A DNA stretch of 64,000 nucleotides. It comes from Candidatus Kerfeldbacteria bacterium (GTDB taxonomy: Bacteria; Patescibacteriota; Patescibacteriia; SBBC01; CAIJZX01). Positions 18,813 to 28,707 of the stretch are shown here, one piece after another. The notes beneath the pieces were generated by a model, which worked only from the letters and a program-made list of their open reading frames with translations, was not told the DNA's origin and searched no databases. How positions within the stretch are numbered: position 1 is the stretch's first letter; each line of letters begins with the position of its first letter. The stretch is taken from contig CAIJZX010000012.1 in NCBI GenBank assembly GCA_903825245.1, positions 76,059-140,058 on the forward strand, given 5' to 3'. A program made the position numbers and the translations under genes.

Positions 18813-19820
18813 CTAGTGATGACCCGGCCATATCGTCCAGAAAACCAAGACGATAGTCGAAACCGCTGCTAGAACCATGACAAAATTAAACCAAGTCCCC
18901 TGAAACCATCTCCTTGACTCTGTGTTTTCCTTTGCAAGGTGTAATACGGGGTGGTTGACGGTTCCAGTGCTTGCTTGTCCTACATTTCCATGAATGATTT
19001 GGACATTGGCTGCAGGAATAGGTATTTGAGTAACTGGTTTTGGTTGTGGCTGAATATCCCAGCACTCCTTGGTTTTGATTTCGGTACCAGTTGGGATTGA
19101 AGTAAATACATCATGATCCACAGATGTAACTTCTTCTTGCTTCCGACCCATTGCATCAAGAGTTGGAGGATTCGGAATATGCCGCTTTTCGTCTACCGGG
19201 GTTGTAAACCGAGCGAACACTGGAGCGTGTTTGCTAACATCTCTGATTAACGTTACGCTTGATACACTTTCAATGTTGTCTCCGGTTGGGTATTTAGCAA
19301 GCTCCGATTCACTTACCGGAGTAAATCTATCAAGGCGATAACCTAAAGCATTACGAGTTACACTATCCGGAATGTAGTATTTTTTATCTTTGAAAACTAC
19401 GAACTTTCGGTCGTTGACGTCTTGGATTAAGATCGCCTTACTCCATGCCCATTCAGAATCAAGTTGTTTTAATGTAAGTTCATAGGTTCGAGGGCTATTG
19501 TCAGTCCTAAACTTACGCTCGATTCTTCGTGATGGAAGACCCTTTTCAATTTCAATCCAAGACACTACCTGTGTAAGTTCTGTAAGTATATCCTCATCAA
19601 CTCGTTTTTTATTTGCGTCGTTACGAATCTGGTATCGAAGTAGGTCTTCAGAAATATCAACAAATATGTGCGTCACATCACCTGCGCTCCTCTGCGTCAC
19701 TTTAACAACCATTAGAGCCAAATCGTTGAATGGCCCCTCATACTGAAGTGGACTTATTTGAAGATCAAAAAGTCGTCCCTGTCTGTCCTGATATTCGGTT
19801 TGTATCGTTTGGCGTGGCAT
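18813..19820 (-). CDS. Hypothetical protein with two internal repeats and C-terminal TM helix
   Basis: KKYYIPDSVTRNALG...VSESELAKYPTG and EKRHIPNPPTLDAMG...VDHDVFTSIPTG; hydrophobic C-terminus. Confidence 0.7.
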   Translation of the reverse strand: MPRQTIQTEYQDRQGRLFDLQISPLQYEGPFNDLALMVVKVTQRSAGDVTHIFVDISEDLLRYQIRNDANKKRVDEDILTELTQVVSWIEIEKGLPSRRIERKFRTDNSPRTYELTLKQLDSEWAWSKAILIQDVNDRKFVVFKDKKYYIPDSVTRNALGYRLDRFTPVSESELAKYPTGDNIESVSSVTLIRDVSKHAPVFARFTTPVDEKRHIPNPPTLDAMGRKQEEVTSVDHDVFTSIPTGTEIKTKECWDIQPQPKPVTQIPIPAANVQIIHGNVGQASTGTVNHPVLHLAKENTESRRWFQGTWFNFVMVLAAVSTIVLVFWTIWPGHH

Positions 19821-19898
19821 AGAAAATAAACGCCTATAGTTTACGCCTGTCCGTTTCCCCTGTCTACAGCCCGCCGACGATTGACGAAATCCCCGATT

Positions 19899-20483
19899 TT
19901 ACGAAGTTAGGAGAGCGAGAAGAGCGTAGGCGCCAATTCCTAACAATACAGTCGGAAGGAGCACGGCAAAAGAACGGCGGCGATCTTTCCAAGAGCGGGG
20001 TAGAAAAATCACCATGATAATTCCGATCAGAATAGAAACCCAACCTGCTGGCTTATCCTGGATTTTAACCAGTTCATACCAACCTTCCGCGATAAAAACA
20101 CCACCCATCAGGGCTGAGCCGATAGCGGTGCGCCAGGAATTAGCCGCATGTCGCCACCAGTAACCGGACAAGCCGAATACAGGTCCACCAACCAAGGCAA
20201 CTGAACTCCACAATGCTATGGCAGAAAATCGATATGTGTACCCGAGAACGGCAGCAACAATTGTATAGCTTAGCAGTGCCAAAACGAGGCTGAGGAATCC
20301 CCCGACCATTGCCCATGTAGTCGATCGCATCAACGCTCCGACCACAAAGGCGGCAACTAGCCAGACCGCACCAGAGTTCGCGAAATGATTCCAGCTTCCC
20401 GGCAATGCTCCTTGCCCAAGAACCGTTAACGCCCCGCAGGCCAATCCGACGCCGATCATCAAGAATATGCTTTTTCGATTCAT
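19899..20483 (-). CDS. Membrane protein, DUF6518-like
   Basis: ANSGAVWLVAAF, GGPVFGLSG, FIAEG motifs. Confidence 0.65.
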   Translation of the reverse strand: MNRKSIFLMIGVGLACGALTVLGQGALPGSWNHFANSGAVWLVAAFVVGALMRSTTWAMVGGFLSLVLALLSYTIVAAVLGYTYRFSAIALWSSVALVGGPVFGLSGYWWRHAANSWRTAIGSALMGGVFIAEGWYELVKIQDKPAGWVSILIGIIMVIFLPRSWKDRRRSFAVLLPTVLLGIGAYALLALLTS

Positions 20484-20540
20484 GGCTTCAAGTATAGGTT
20501 GTATTCCTTCTGAATGGAAGGAGCACATTTAATAAAATGA

Positions 20541-20569
20541 TTGACATAATGCCTTATTTTCGCTACTAT
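20541..20569 (+). promoter_or_regulatory. sigma70 promoter of tRNA-Lys
   Basis: TTGACA-17 nt-TACTAT. Confidence 0.8.
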
Positions 20570-20586
20570 TTGCACGCTATCTTTTT

Positions 20587-20661
20587 GGGTTCCTAGCTCA
20601 ATGGTAGAGCAACGGCCTTTTAAGCCGTGGGTTCTGGGTTCGAGTCCCAGGGGACCCACCA
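20587..20661 (+). tRNA. tRNA-Lys (anticodon TTT), CCA encoded
   Basis: GGGTTCC/GGGACCC acceptor, GCTC/GAGC D arm, ACGGC-CTTTTAA-GCCGT, CTGGG-TTCGAGT-CCCAG, ACCA. Confidence 0.97.
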
Positions 20662-22418
20662 GCCAACAATTTGCGCCCCGAACTCATCCCGGCGATATGC
20701 CCAAGGATGTCTTGGGGCAACTTCAATTTAATACGTATTTCATAGGGTAAAAGTTGTTTTTCCTTACGTCGTCCGGCAATGCTGTCTTCCGCAGTGGAAG
20801 GACGGGAATATATAATGATCTCCTCGATCAGGGCATGAAGAAGCTGGTCGAGCTCCCGGCGGTCGCCAAAAATATCATTAAGTGCCTCCGAGTACTTTTT
20901 ATTGAACACATTAAGGCTAGAAATGTAGCTATCTGGCATTGCGTTTTTTGAAATGAGTAGGTCTAGCTTTTCCAATTCAGCTGTTAGTAGCACAATCTGC
21001 TTCTCCAACTTCTCCATTTCCTCTTTAAGCTTCGGCTGTTTGATATAACCAAGCTTATGCTGTTCCAAGATATTGTTTTTCCTCGCTGGCATTGCATCAA
21101 GCAACTGTCGCAACTGCTCTCTTTTCTTGGCGAAGTGTTTCTTTTCCGATTGTGTAGATTTTAGTTTTTGTTGGTACTTGAATACAGCCTCTGGGTTTTG
21201 TAAAAACTCTTTTGTCTTAGTAACTACATATCGTTCTATTTCTTCGGCTGGCAATGGAATTGTAAAACAATTTATTTCGTATTTGCTCGTATTTTTTCGA
21301 GCACACTTGTAGTAATAGGCAAAATTATCAGGCGCTGTTGTAAGCTTCTTTCGTTCCCCAATCCACCGATACATTGTAGGATCAGCGTCCGGCTTGAAAC
21401 ATGCATCACATTTAAGTAATCCTCTTAATAAATATATGTGTCCTTCTCGGGGCTCATCAATGATGTTTTTTGTCTGGGCAAGTATGTTTTGGGCTTTTTC
21501 AAAAGTCCCTACATCAATGATCTGTGGCAATGCATAGGGTGAAATACTCCACTTAGAAGGTTCTACCCGCTTACCGTCTCTTGTTTTACCAAAGTAGTAT
21601 TTACCAATGTATATGGGGTCTTTTAATATCTCTCTTACAATTTCCATTCGCCAAAAGTTCGGCGAACTCTTCTTTCTTATTGCCCCTTTATATTCTTTAT
21701 ACAAGACTGATGATGTTTCAGGTGAAGGCCGCTCCTCCTCCGTGAGTATCTTCGCGATCCGCTGTGCGGAAAGTTTTTGTGAAACGCACATGTCGAAAAT
21801 TGATCTGATAACTTCGGCTTCGGCTTCGAAGATGACCAACCTCTTTTCACTGTCTTTAATGAAGCCGTATTTCATGCCCGATCCCATGACAACTCCGTTC
21901 TTAATCGCTTGTTCCCGTCCGGCTTGTGTTCTTTGCTTGATCGTCTCAACTTCTAATTCAGCGATGACACCAATGATGTTCAAAATCGCCTTTCCAAAAG
22001 GTGTAGACGTGTCTATGCTCTCTGTTGCCGACAAGAATTGAACGTCGTATTCACCGAAAAAGTCGATAACTTCTAAGAGGATTTTTAATCGACGTGCGAA
22101 ACGATCAATTTTGTATACCGCAACTGCGTCGAAAGGCCTGTCTTCGGGTGTAGAGTTTGTGAGATCCTCTTGAAGTTTCGCAAAAGCAGGTCTCTCTGGA
22201 AGATCAACGGTACCGCTAATCCCTTCATCAAAATAAATATACTGATCCCCAGCGAGAACCATTGCATCAAGCCCATTATCGAGTTTTCCTCGGGCTTTTA
22301 TCAAGCCTAGTAACGCTTCTTGTTGGAGCTTTTTTCCGTACCTCTCAACCTGCTCATCAGTCGAAACCCGCAGGTAGAGAGCGACGCGGAGAGACGATTG
22401 TTGTTGGTTTCCGATCAT
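20598..22418 (-). CDS. Large serine recombinase (integrase)
   Basis: YLRVST.EQ catalytic Ser, DEGISG, RP.F, DRFAR, recombinase domain, LLRGLLKCDAC...YYKC zinc ribbon and coiled coil. Confidence 0.95.
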   Translation of the reverse strand: MIGNQQQSSLRVALYLRVSTDEQVERYGKKLQQEALLGLIKARGKLDNGLDAMVLAGDQYIYFDEGISGTVDLPERPAFAKLQEDLTNSTPEDRPFDAVAVYKIDRFARRLKILLEVIDFFGEYDVQFLSATESIDTSTPFGKAILNIIGVIAELEVETIKQRTQAGREQAIKNGVVMGSGMKYGFIKDSEKRLVIFEAEAEVIRSIFDMCVSQKLSAQRIAKILTEEERPSPETSSVLYKEYKGAIRKKSSPNFWRMEIVREILKDPIYIGKYYFGKTRDGKRVEPSKWSISPYALPQIIDVGTFEKAQNILAQTKNIIDEPREGHIYLLRGLLKCDACFKPDADPTMYRWIGERKKLTTAPDNFAYYYKCARKNTSKYEINCFTIPLPAEEIERYVVTKTKEFLQNPEAVFKYQQKLKSTQSEKKHFAKKREQLRQLLDAMPARKNNILEQHKLGYIKQPKLKEEMEKLEKQIVLLTAELEKLDLLISKNAMPDSYISSLNVFNKKYSEALNDIFGDRRELDQLLHALIEEIIIYSRPSTAEDSIAGRRKEKQLLPYEIRIKLKLPQDILGHIAGMSSGRKLLAGGSPGTRTQNPRLKRPLLYH

Positions 22419-22532
22419 AGGACAAGAGAGGTAACTAGCCCAGAACTATGCAAACATGATTATCATACTCGTTTTATTGCTATAAAGCCATAATTGCTAA
22501 CCCGAGGTAATTAAACTATAATTCAATCTGTT

Positions 22533-22703
22533 TCCGAGGCCTAGATGCTCATTTCTACAATTTACTTAGCCTAAACTTCGGCCTATGGCCGGGGCACGGC
22601 GATCAAACCAAGAGAGGCGAACAGCTCCTAGTCAGAGCACCTCTCTTGGTCGTGCGTGGAAACGCGCACGGGTGGCCGTAAGGTCATCGCTGGCTAGGGG
22701 CTT
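22533..22703 (+). ncRNA. Candidate multi-branch structured RNA (unassigned)
   Basis: 11-bp perfect stem, two GNRA-capped stems, closing helix; TTGCTA-17-TATAAT promoter at 22494-22522. Confidence 0.5.
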
Positions 22704-22743
22704 TGTGTTTGTACAAACCCGCCGCCAGATATTTACAAAATAT

Positions 22744-22971
22744 ATGGCACAGGCAAAAACTGTTGGAATTATGAGCTTGGTTATTCTCGGCACATTGTTG
22801 CTTGGGACTACTTTTTGGTGGTTTCAGCTACGCCCATTTTCTGACCATAGGGCATGCGCGAAATATACTACTACCCAAGCAGAAAAGATGGATTTTGACC
22901 TCCATACGCCCATTTACTTTCCCGGTTATGGTGTGGTTTATGACATGTGCTTACATGGTAAGGGCTATTAA
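22744..22971 (+). CDS. Small membrane protein
   Basis: MAQAKTV start, TM, FWWFQLRP...C...YDMCLHGKG. Confidence 0.6.
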   Translation: MAQAKTVGIMSLVILGTLLLGTTFWWFQLRPFSDHRACAKYTTTQAEKMDFDLHTPIYFPGYGVVYDMCLHGKGY

Positions 22972-22974
22972 CGT

Positions 22975-23835
22975 ATGCAAATACTTCTCTGGTTGGCTTA
23001 CGCCGTTGTCGGTATATTCGTGATAGTGTTTCTCGCTGGTGGAGTTACTGCCGCTGTAAAGAATTCAGGAAAAAGAAGGCGTCTCCATTCTATAGGGGCA
23101 GTAGCACAAATTCCTGCTGATTTAAGGATAATCATGCGTGAGATTTATACTGCACATAAAAAACAAGACGTTGCACTCGTAAACTCGGTTACCGTTTCCA
23201 CTGGCATCGTGCAACTAAATAAAATTCTAGAATTGATGAAGCCAGAAAACCGACTCAAATACCTATCAGCAGGTATGCAGGGCGATGTGACTGCTTTTAC
23301 GGCAATGGAGAACGAGCTAGTATCAAGAAACTACAAGGTCAATGCGGCAAAGATTGTTACTGGTATTATCCTGAATGATCTCGATGATCCGCTTTTGAAA
23401 ATGAAAGGGCAGGAGACAGCCCCACCTTCCCCAAGTGCTAAGAGTAAAATCCTTCTCTTTGAAGATGACAAGATATTACGAACTTTGTATGAAGCAAAAT
23501 ATCATCAACAAGGGTTTGACGTTGCTGGGTATGACAATCCAACCAGCGACCCGGTGAGCGTTGTTTTGAGAGAAAAGCCTGATGTGATTTCAATGGATAT
23601 TGTCATGCCAATTATGGACGGGTTTACTGCAACCGAGTTGCTGAAAACCGATGCGCGAACAAAAGGTATTCCCATTGTTATTTTTACTAACCATGCACAG
23701 CATAAGGACATTGATCGTGGCAAGGCATTGGGTGCGGCGGATTACCTGATCAAAGCACATTTTACGCCTGATGAGGTGGTGGATCGTTTTCGGCGGGTTC
23801 TCAATTTAAATGACGTAGCAAATCGTAAACTTTGA
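22975..23835 (+). CDS. Membrane-anchored protein with C-terminal response-regulator receiver domain
   Basis: N-terminal TM; KILLFEDD, SMDIVMPIMDG, IFTN, DYLIK. Confidence 0.85.
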   Translation: MQILLWLAYAVVGIFVIVFLAGGVTAAVKNSGKRRRLHSIGAVAQIPADLRIIMREIYTAHKKQDVALVNSVTVSTGIVQLNKILELMKPENRLKYLSAGMQGDVTAFTAMENELVSRNYKVNAAKIVTGIILNDLDDPLLKMKGQETAPPSPSAKSKILLFEDDKILRTLYEAKYHQQGFDVAGYDNPTSDPVSVVLREKPDVISMDIVMPIMDGFTATELLKTDARTKGIPIVIFTNHAQHKDIDRGKALGAADYLIKAHFTPDEVVDRFRRVLNLNDVANRKL

Positions 23836-23856
23836 AGCCGCTAATCGATTATACCT

Positions 23857-24855
23857 ATGAGCCACTTCACTCCTCAAACTAGAGCACTCTCGATCCTCAC
23901 TTTAATCACGGGGTTATTACTACTTGGCGCATCTTGCTCAAATAAAAGAGCGATAGATACGAACACAACTAACTCAAAGGTTACAGAAACCAACAATGCA
24001 GTATTGGCCAATATAAACACCACATATTCTAACCAGAATACTTCGGTTGTTGTAAATAACTCGGTAAATCCATCATCCAACTCGAATCAATCTATTACAA
24101 ACGGAAAAGTTGTTGTACAACCAAAAAACACGAATACGGAGAAAAAAGTATTAAATACCAACACGGCTCCAAAAGTGTTGAGCACCAACACTAACGTGGA
24201 TGTCCCACCAGCTACAACACCTGCGCCCACAGCGCGGCTAACAGCATCAACAGATTGCCCAGTTTTGCAACCGGCGGTGCTGACTTGGAATACAACCGGC
24301 GCTCAAACCGTCACATTAGAATCCTCAACGGGTGGGGATCGCCAGACGATAGACATACAAAATGCGGCTACGGGAAACGTAACTATAAATTCTCAAAAAA
24401 CCACGAGCTATTATCTAACTGCAACAAATCAAAGTGGACAGAAAGCAACGGCGCAGGTTCGGCTAGATCGCCCAAACGTAGACCCTAACTATCCGATTAT
24501 CACCGGCTACGCCGATACTTTGGGCGTGGTTTCTCATTCATCAAGCTATAACGGGTATGGCTGTGGTGGTAAGGGTCAGCCGATTGCACACATCGGCGAC
24601 ACCATAACGTTAACTGTTGACGCGTATGATCCGAATGGCGATCCGTTGGTATACAGATTCAGCTCAGTGTTTCCATCAGCCATGGGTGTAACCAGTGGTT
24701 GGACAAGCAGTAGCACCTATACGTGGACATTCACTTCTGCTGATGTGGGGTCGATGAGATGCGTCTATATTTCCGTAAAAGATAATGACGGGTATGACCG
24801 AATTGCTGATTATGACGATACAAGCCCTGCTTGCTATGATATTGCACACCCATAG
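23857..24855 (+). CDS. Lipoprotein with Asn/Thr-rich stalk and Ig/PKD-like domains
   Basis: LLLGASC lipobox; LTWNTTGA...TTSYYLTATN; DAYDPNGDPLVYRF. Confidence 0.75.
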   Translation: MSHFTPQTRALSILTLITGLLLLGASCSNKRAIDTNTTNSKVTETNNAVLANINTTYSNQNTSVVVNNSVNPSSNSNQSITNGKVVVQPKNTNTEKKVLNTNTAPKVLSTNTNVDVPPATTPAPTARLTASTDCPVLQPAVLTWNTTGAQTVTLESSTGGDRQTIDIQNAATGNVTINSQKTTSYYLTATNQSGQKATAQVRLDRPNVDPNYPIITGYADTLGVVSHSSSYNGYGCGGKGQPIAHIGDTITLTVDAYDPNGDPLVYRFSSVFPSAMGVTSGWTSSSTYTWTFTSADVGSMRCVYISVKDNDGYDRIADYDDTSPACYDIAHP

Positions 24856-24903
24856 TTACGTTAACAGCGCAGTAAGTAATCAACAATGATTAGCTAAAAC
24901 ATT

Positions 24904-25161
24904 ATGCCGAGATTAAATTCAAGTGACAACGAGGACGAGATGAGTTCAAGGTTACGGCAAGGGGTTCTTGCTACTGTATTGACTTTGTCGCTTATCGGAT
25001 TAGGCGCGGCTGTTTTCGACGTTCACCATGTCTGGTGGGAAAATGATACGGTACAGGGAATACAGATGCTCTCATTGATTGGTGTGTTCTACTGCCTATT
25101 GGCAACATTGCTCAAAATTCTTAATAAAAAGAAACTATCCGAGGATAACTCCGAGGATTAG
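24904..25161 (+). CDS. Small two-TM protein
   Basis: 85-aa ORF with two hydrophobic segments. Confidence 0.55.
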   Translation: MPRLNSSDNEDEMSSRLRQGVLATVLTLSLIGLGAAVFDVHHVWWENDTVQGIQMLSLIGVFYCLLATLLKILNKKKLSEDNSED

Positions 25162-25435
25162 CCCTTCCTGGTAATTTACTACTTAATTAACGAATCTTTC
25201 TTTGGCCGTATTTGTCAATACGTCGATAGATTTTTTAGTAACTTCCGGCGCACTTGTGCTGGCGTTTTTTTCTTTGTTGAAATGAGGGTGATCAATCGCT
25301 TTTTCATATAATTGAGTATACCATCCGCCCTTATCTTTCCAAGGGTACTCTTTGAATCAAGATAGCAAAAATTAGGAGGATGTGGTTTTATGGACTATAA
25401 TTGAGTAGTTAAACCGTGCAATCTCGTTATTGGCA

Positions 25436-28400
25436 ATGATCCTAAGTGCAGCATTAGACCGAATAAACGACCCCGAAGTGTCCTTATTTGTTTTGTTATT
25501 GCTTATTATGGTAGGAATCATCTACCTTTCCCGATGGATAGTTCAAAAGATCAAGGAGAGTGGAAATACAATTTCGGCAAAGACGAACAAAGAATACAAG
25601 AATCTATGTAAAAAAAGAGAGTTTTTTTGGCACAGGCTATTTAGGGATTTTTACGCCCCCTCAGTACGCTCTTCAATTGCAATGGGTGTAATCGCATTTG
25701 GAATATATGCGTTGTCACACTTTATCCAAACAAAGAGCCAAACCCTTTCTTTTGTTAATGGCAGTCACTACCAAAACTTGATCGCAATTTACTCTGGTAT
25801 CGCCGGCATTATCTTTGCACTTATAATCTTTGTCGCTGAAAGCTTGCGCGATGAGCAATCACGCGATCAAGCACGCGTAATACTTCGAACGACTTACCTA
25901 TACCCACTGGTGGTTCTTGCTGTTCTAAACTATAGCGTTTACGCATGGGGAGACGTCAATTCTCTTGGCGTAGTCCCCGTTTTATTTCTTGGAGCATTTT
26001 CTATTTTTTCACTTTTCCGTCTATTTAGAATACTCTTAGATAGGAGTGAAAACTTTAACCAAAAAATTAAGTTGCTAACCGATCGTTTGAGGCTAAGTAT
26101 TGATGGCGCTATTCGTCAGCGACTGGGTAATGTGATTTTATTTAAATGGCTTACTGATTATAAAATACCGATTTCCTTCTACCCGTTTACTACGGAGGGC
26201 TCAGCATACTACAATTTTACTTCAAAAAAATCGGGAATTGTTGCAGACATCGATCTGGGAAAACTCGAAGACTTTGCCAAAATGGTTGAAGAGGCGGCAA
26301 ACAAGAATGATTTTAGTTTTTTTGGCAGAGAAGGAAAGGCGCTATCGATCAATACATCGACGGATACGACGGAACCAAGTGAGGGCAGCACTAGAACGTA
26401 TTCAAAGAATGATCACGTATATTTTGGCAAGCTATACAGAGACGAGGTCAAGCTTGACGACGTGCTTCTTTCTGTTAAAAAAGACATCATCGGCGATCAA
26501 AAGAAGGTGCTAGATAAGCTCAATGCCACTTTTAAAAAAATCTACGTAGTAAAAAAAGAAGAGCACGGTATTTCCGAACAAAACCGACTAGAGCTTTCCG
26601 CACAGAAAGACCAATTTATAGCCGCTGTAAAAGCGGGAAGTATGGGAAAGATAAGAGAGGGCTCGGCAATATATTTAAGCCTTGCAGAGACTTTTCTAAA
26701 AGCCCTCAATGAATGTGGCGGGGGTTATAGTTTTGATCAAGCTCGCCGCGAAATGGGTTCGATAATTAGCCGTTGGAATGAAGCGGATTGGCTTCAAGAG
26801 GATATTAGCGAAATACATAGAGCAGCACTAGACACGCATGATCAAAACGTGATTGATGAAATTGCCTTTTTGCCTATGAAGATCGTGAGTCTAGCCATAG
26901 AATCACGAGACCATTTTATTTTTCAGACCTTCATTCAGTTTCAATTGAGGTTGTATCTCGGATCACTGCGCGAGAATGATACCGATTTAAAGAGGCATTT
27001 GCTTGATCGTTCATGGCGATATTTAAAAGAATCTGCTGATTTTTGGGTCGAGCACGAAATAACAAAGGAAGATAATGAGAAAGATATTCCTAGGTTGAAG
27101 GATTTTGCTATATACTACTTTTCTGTATTTCAGACCATACTGCGGGAAGCCGTAATAAAAAAGGACAAAGATGGGTTTGAGCTCTTCGCAGTTGCCCTTT
27201 CAGGCTTGTTTGATTCTTTCAAATATACCCTTGAAGATGAGCGCACTCGGCAACCAGTGGCTGATGCTATTAAGGAAATTTGGTTAAATAAAGACCAGAT
27301 GATATTTGGCCTAACGAGCTGGATTTTTTCAGAATATAAAAAGAATCCAAACAATGAGACAACAAAAAGTTCATACGGAAAAATTCAGTCCCTAATAAAA
27401 AACAATATAGTTGATTTAACGTCTACCTTTCTATCAGTTCATGACTTTAAAGTAGGTGATTTCTGGGGATGGGATCGTTGGGATATGATTGCCGATGGTC
27501 AGGTGCATACTATCGATGTTAGCGGGAAAATAGAAAGATATTTTATTGTTCGCGGGTTGAAGATACTAGCCACAATGACTGACGATAACATTCGAGCCAT
27601 AGAACTACCGACGAACCGAAATATGGCATTTCAGGCTGATAGCGGTGGCGGCTTGCTTATGGTATTGGAGCAAATTCAAAACAATCAAAGTGATTGGGAT
27701 GCGCACCTTACCCCGGTTGAAATTGGGAAAATTGATCTTTTTAAGGCACTTCTCCAAAAGGCGAAGGCGAAACAAGAATCAGACGAGCAAGAACAGGTAA
27801 AGGCTAGTCCAATCAGCGAAAAGAAGAGGAAAGAATTCATTCAGGAGTTTCTTGAAGGCTATCGTCAGTCGAGTTATTTCCGTCATATCGTGAAGCACTA
27901 TGGCAATTTGGTCGAAAAACCAAATGATCAAATTTCAGAAAACAGACTGGGCGTGAATATGGTGGAAGATAAGCAAGTCTTCTTTGAGCACTGGCACGTG
28001 CACTACTCCAAATGGGGTAACCAGTTTGGGCACGACATGGCCAGAGCCGAAAATGACAGCATACTTTCTAAGGTCGTTAGTTTTAGTGCAACTCTAAACG
28101 AGACGGACTTAGATCAAGTTATTGAAAGATTTACAGAAAAGAACGACATCATCATTATCGCTTTAAACCAAGCGATATTTGGATTCTTCCATCAATCAAA
28201 CAAATTTGAATATAAACGTTTTGATGATCCTGAAAAAATACCATCATACAGTCAGGAGGGGTGGTGGAAGATTGATCAAAACCTCCGTATCCCAGTTTTT
28301 GAAATCCATGACCGTAATCAGAACAACGCCATCCTAGTTTTAAACAAGAAAAAAATGGGTCGATTAGAACAATACTCGCCATTGCGTGATGCAGAACTGC

Positions 28401-28636
28401 CTAGTGACCAAGTTGAACATTTCTATTTTTCCATTAAAGCTTTCTCAGAGAATCCTGATTTGATGACAAAGATCATATCCAATCCGCCTGCTTGGTTAAC
28501 GGAGAAGGGAAATGAAGAACAACAAAAAGATCACCTCAAAGGAAAGGTGTGGATGAAAATATATGAGTCCTATGCCTATAACAAGGGTGATGATTTTGAG
28601 GGGTATATTTTCCCAGTTGCTAACCCGCTAGTCTAG
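25436..28636 (+). CDS. Large membrane protein (N-terminal TM bundle, DUF2254-like; long helical cytoplasmic region)
   Basis: About 1066-aa ORF, about 5 N-terminal TM helices, AT-rich; family call is inference. Confidence 0.7.
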   Translation: MILSAALDRINDPEVSLFVLLLLIMVGIIYLSRWIVQKIKESGNTISAKTNKEYKNLCKKREFFWHRLFRDFYAPSVRSSIAMGVIAFGIYALSHFIQTKSQTLSFVNGSHYQNLIAIYSGIAGIIFALIIFVAESLRDEQSRDQARVILRTTYLYPLVVLAVLNYSVYAWGDVNSLGVVPVLFLGAFSIFSLFRLFRILLDRSENFNQKIKLLTDRLRLSIDGAIRQRLGNVILFKWLTDYKIPISFYPFTTEGSAYYNFTSKKSGIVADIDLGKLEDFAKMVEEAANKNDFSFFGREGKALSINTSTDTTEPSEGSTRTYSKNDHVYFGKLYRDEVKLDDVLLSVKKDIIGDQKKVLDKLNATFKKIYVVKKEEHGISEQNRLELSAQKDQFIAAVKAGSMGKIREGSAIYLSLAETFLKALNECGGGYSFDQARREMGSIISRWNEADWLQEDISEIHRAALDTHDQNVIDEIAFLPMKIVSLAIESRDHFIFQTFIQFQLRLYLGSLRENDTDLKRHLLDRSWRYLKESADFWVEHEITKEDNEKDIPRLKDFAIYYFSVFQTILREAVIKKDKDGFELFAVALSGLFDSFKYTLEDERTRQPVADAIKEIWLNKDQMIFGLTSWIFSEYKKNPNNETTKSSYGKIQSLIKNNIVDLTSTFLSVHDFKVGDFWGWDRWDMIADGQVHTIDVSGKIERYFIVRGLKILATMTDDNIRAIELPTNRNMAFQADSGGGLLMVLEQIQNNQSDWDAHLTPVEIGKIDLFKALLQKAKAKQESDEQEQVKASPISEKKRKEFIQEFLEGYRQSSYFRHIVKHYGNLVEKPNDQISENRLGVNMVEDKQVFFEHWHVHYSKWGNQFGHDMARAENDSILSKVVSFSATLNETDLDQVIERFTEKNDIIIIALNQAIFGFFHQSNKFEYKRFDDPEKIPSYSQEGWWKIDQNLRIPVFEIHDRNQNNAILVLNKKKMGRLEQYSPLRDAELPSDQVEHFYFSIKAFSENPDLMTKIISNPPAWLTEKGNEEQQKDHLKGKVWMKIYESYAYNKGDDFEGYIFPVANPLV

Positions 28637-28707
28637 TTAGCTTTATCCGGCCAACATCAAAGTAAAATCGGACTTTTCATTTTGTTTTTTGGTGCTATGG
28701 TTAATTT

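Noticed and set aside
22533-22703. Guide/bridge RNA for the recombinase
   Set aside because: I found only 5-6 nt matches to the att or tRNA sequence, which is chance level
25181-25307. Small minus-strand gene MKKRLITLISTKKKTPAQV...
   Set aside because: Stops after 30 codons; may be a frameshifted remnant but cannot be supported
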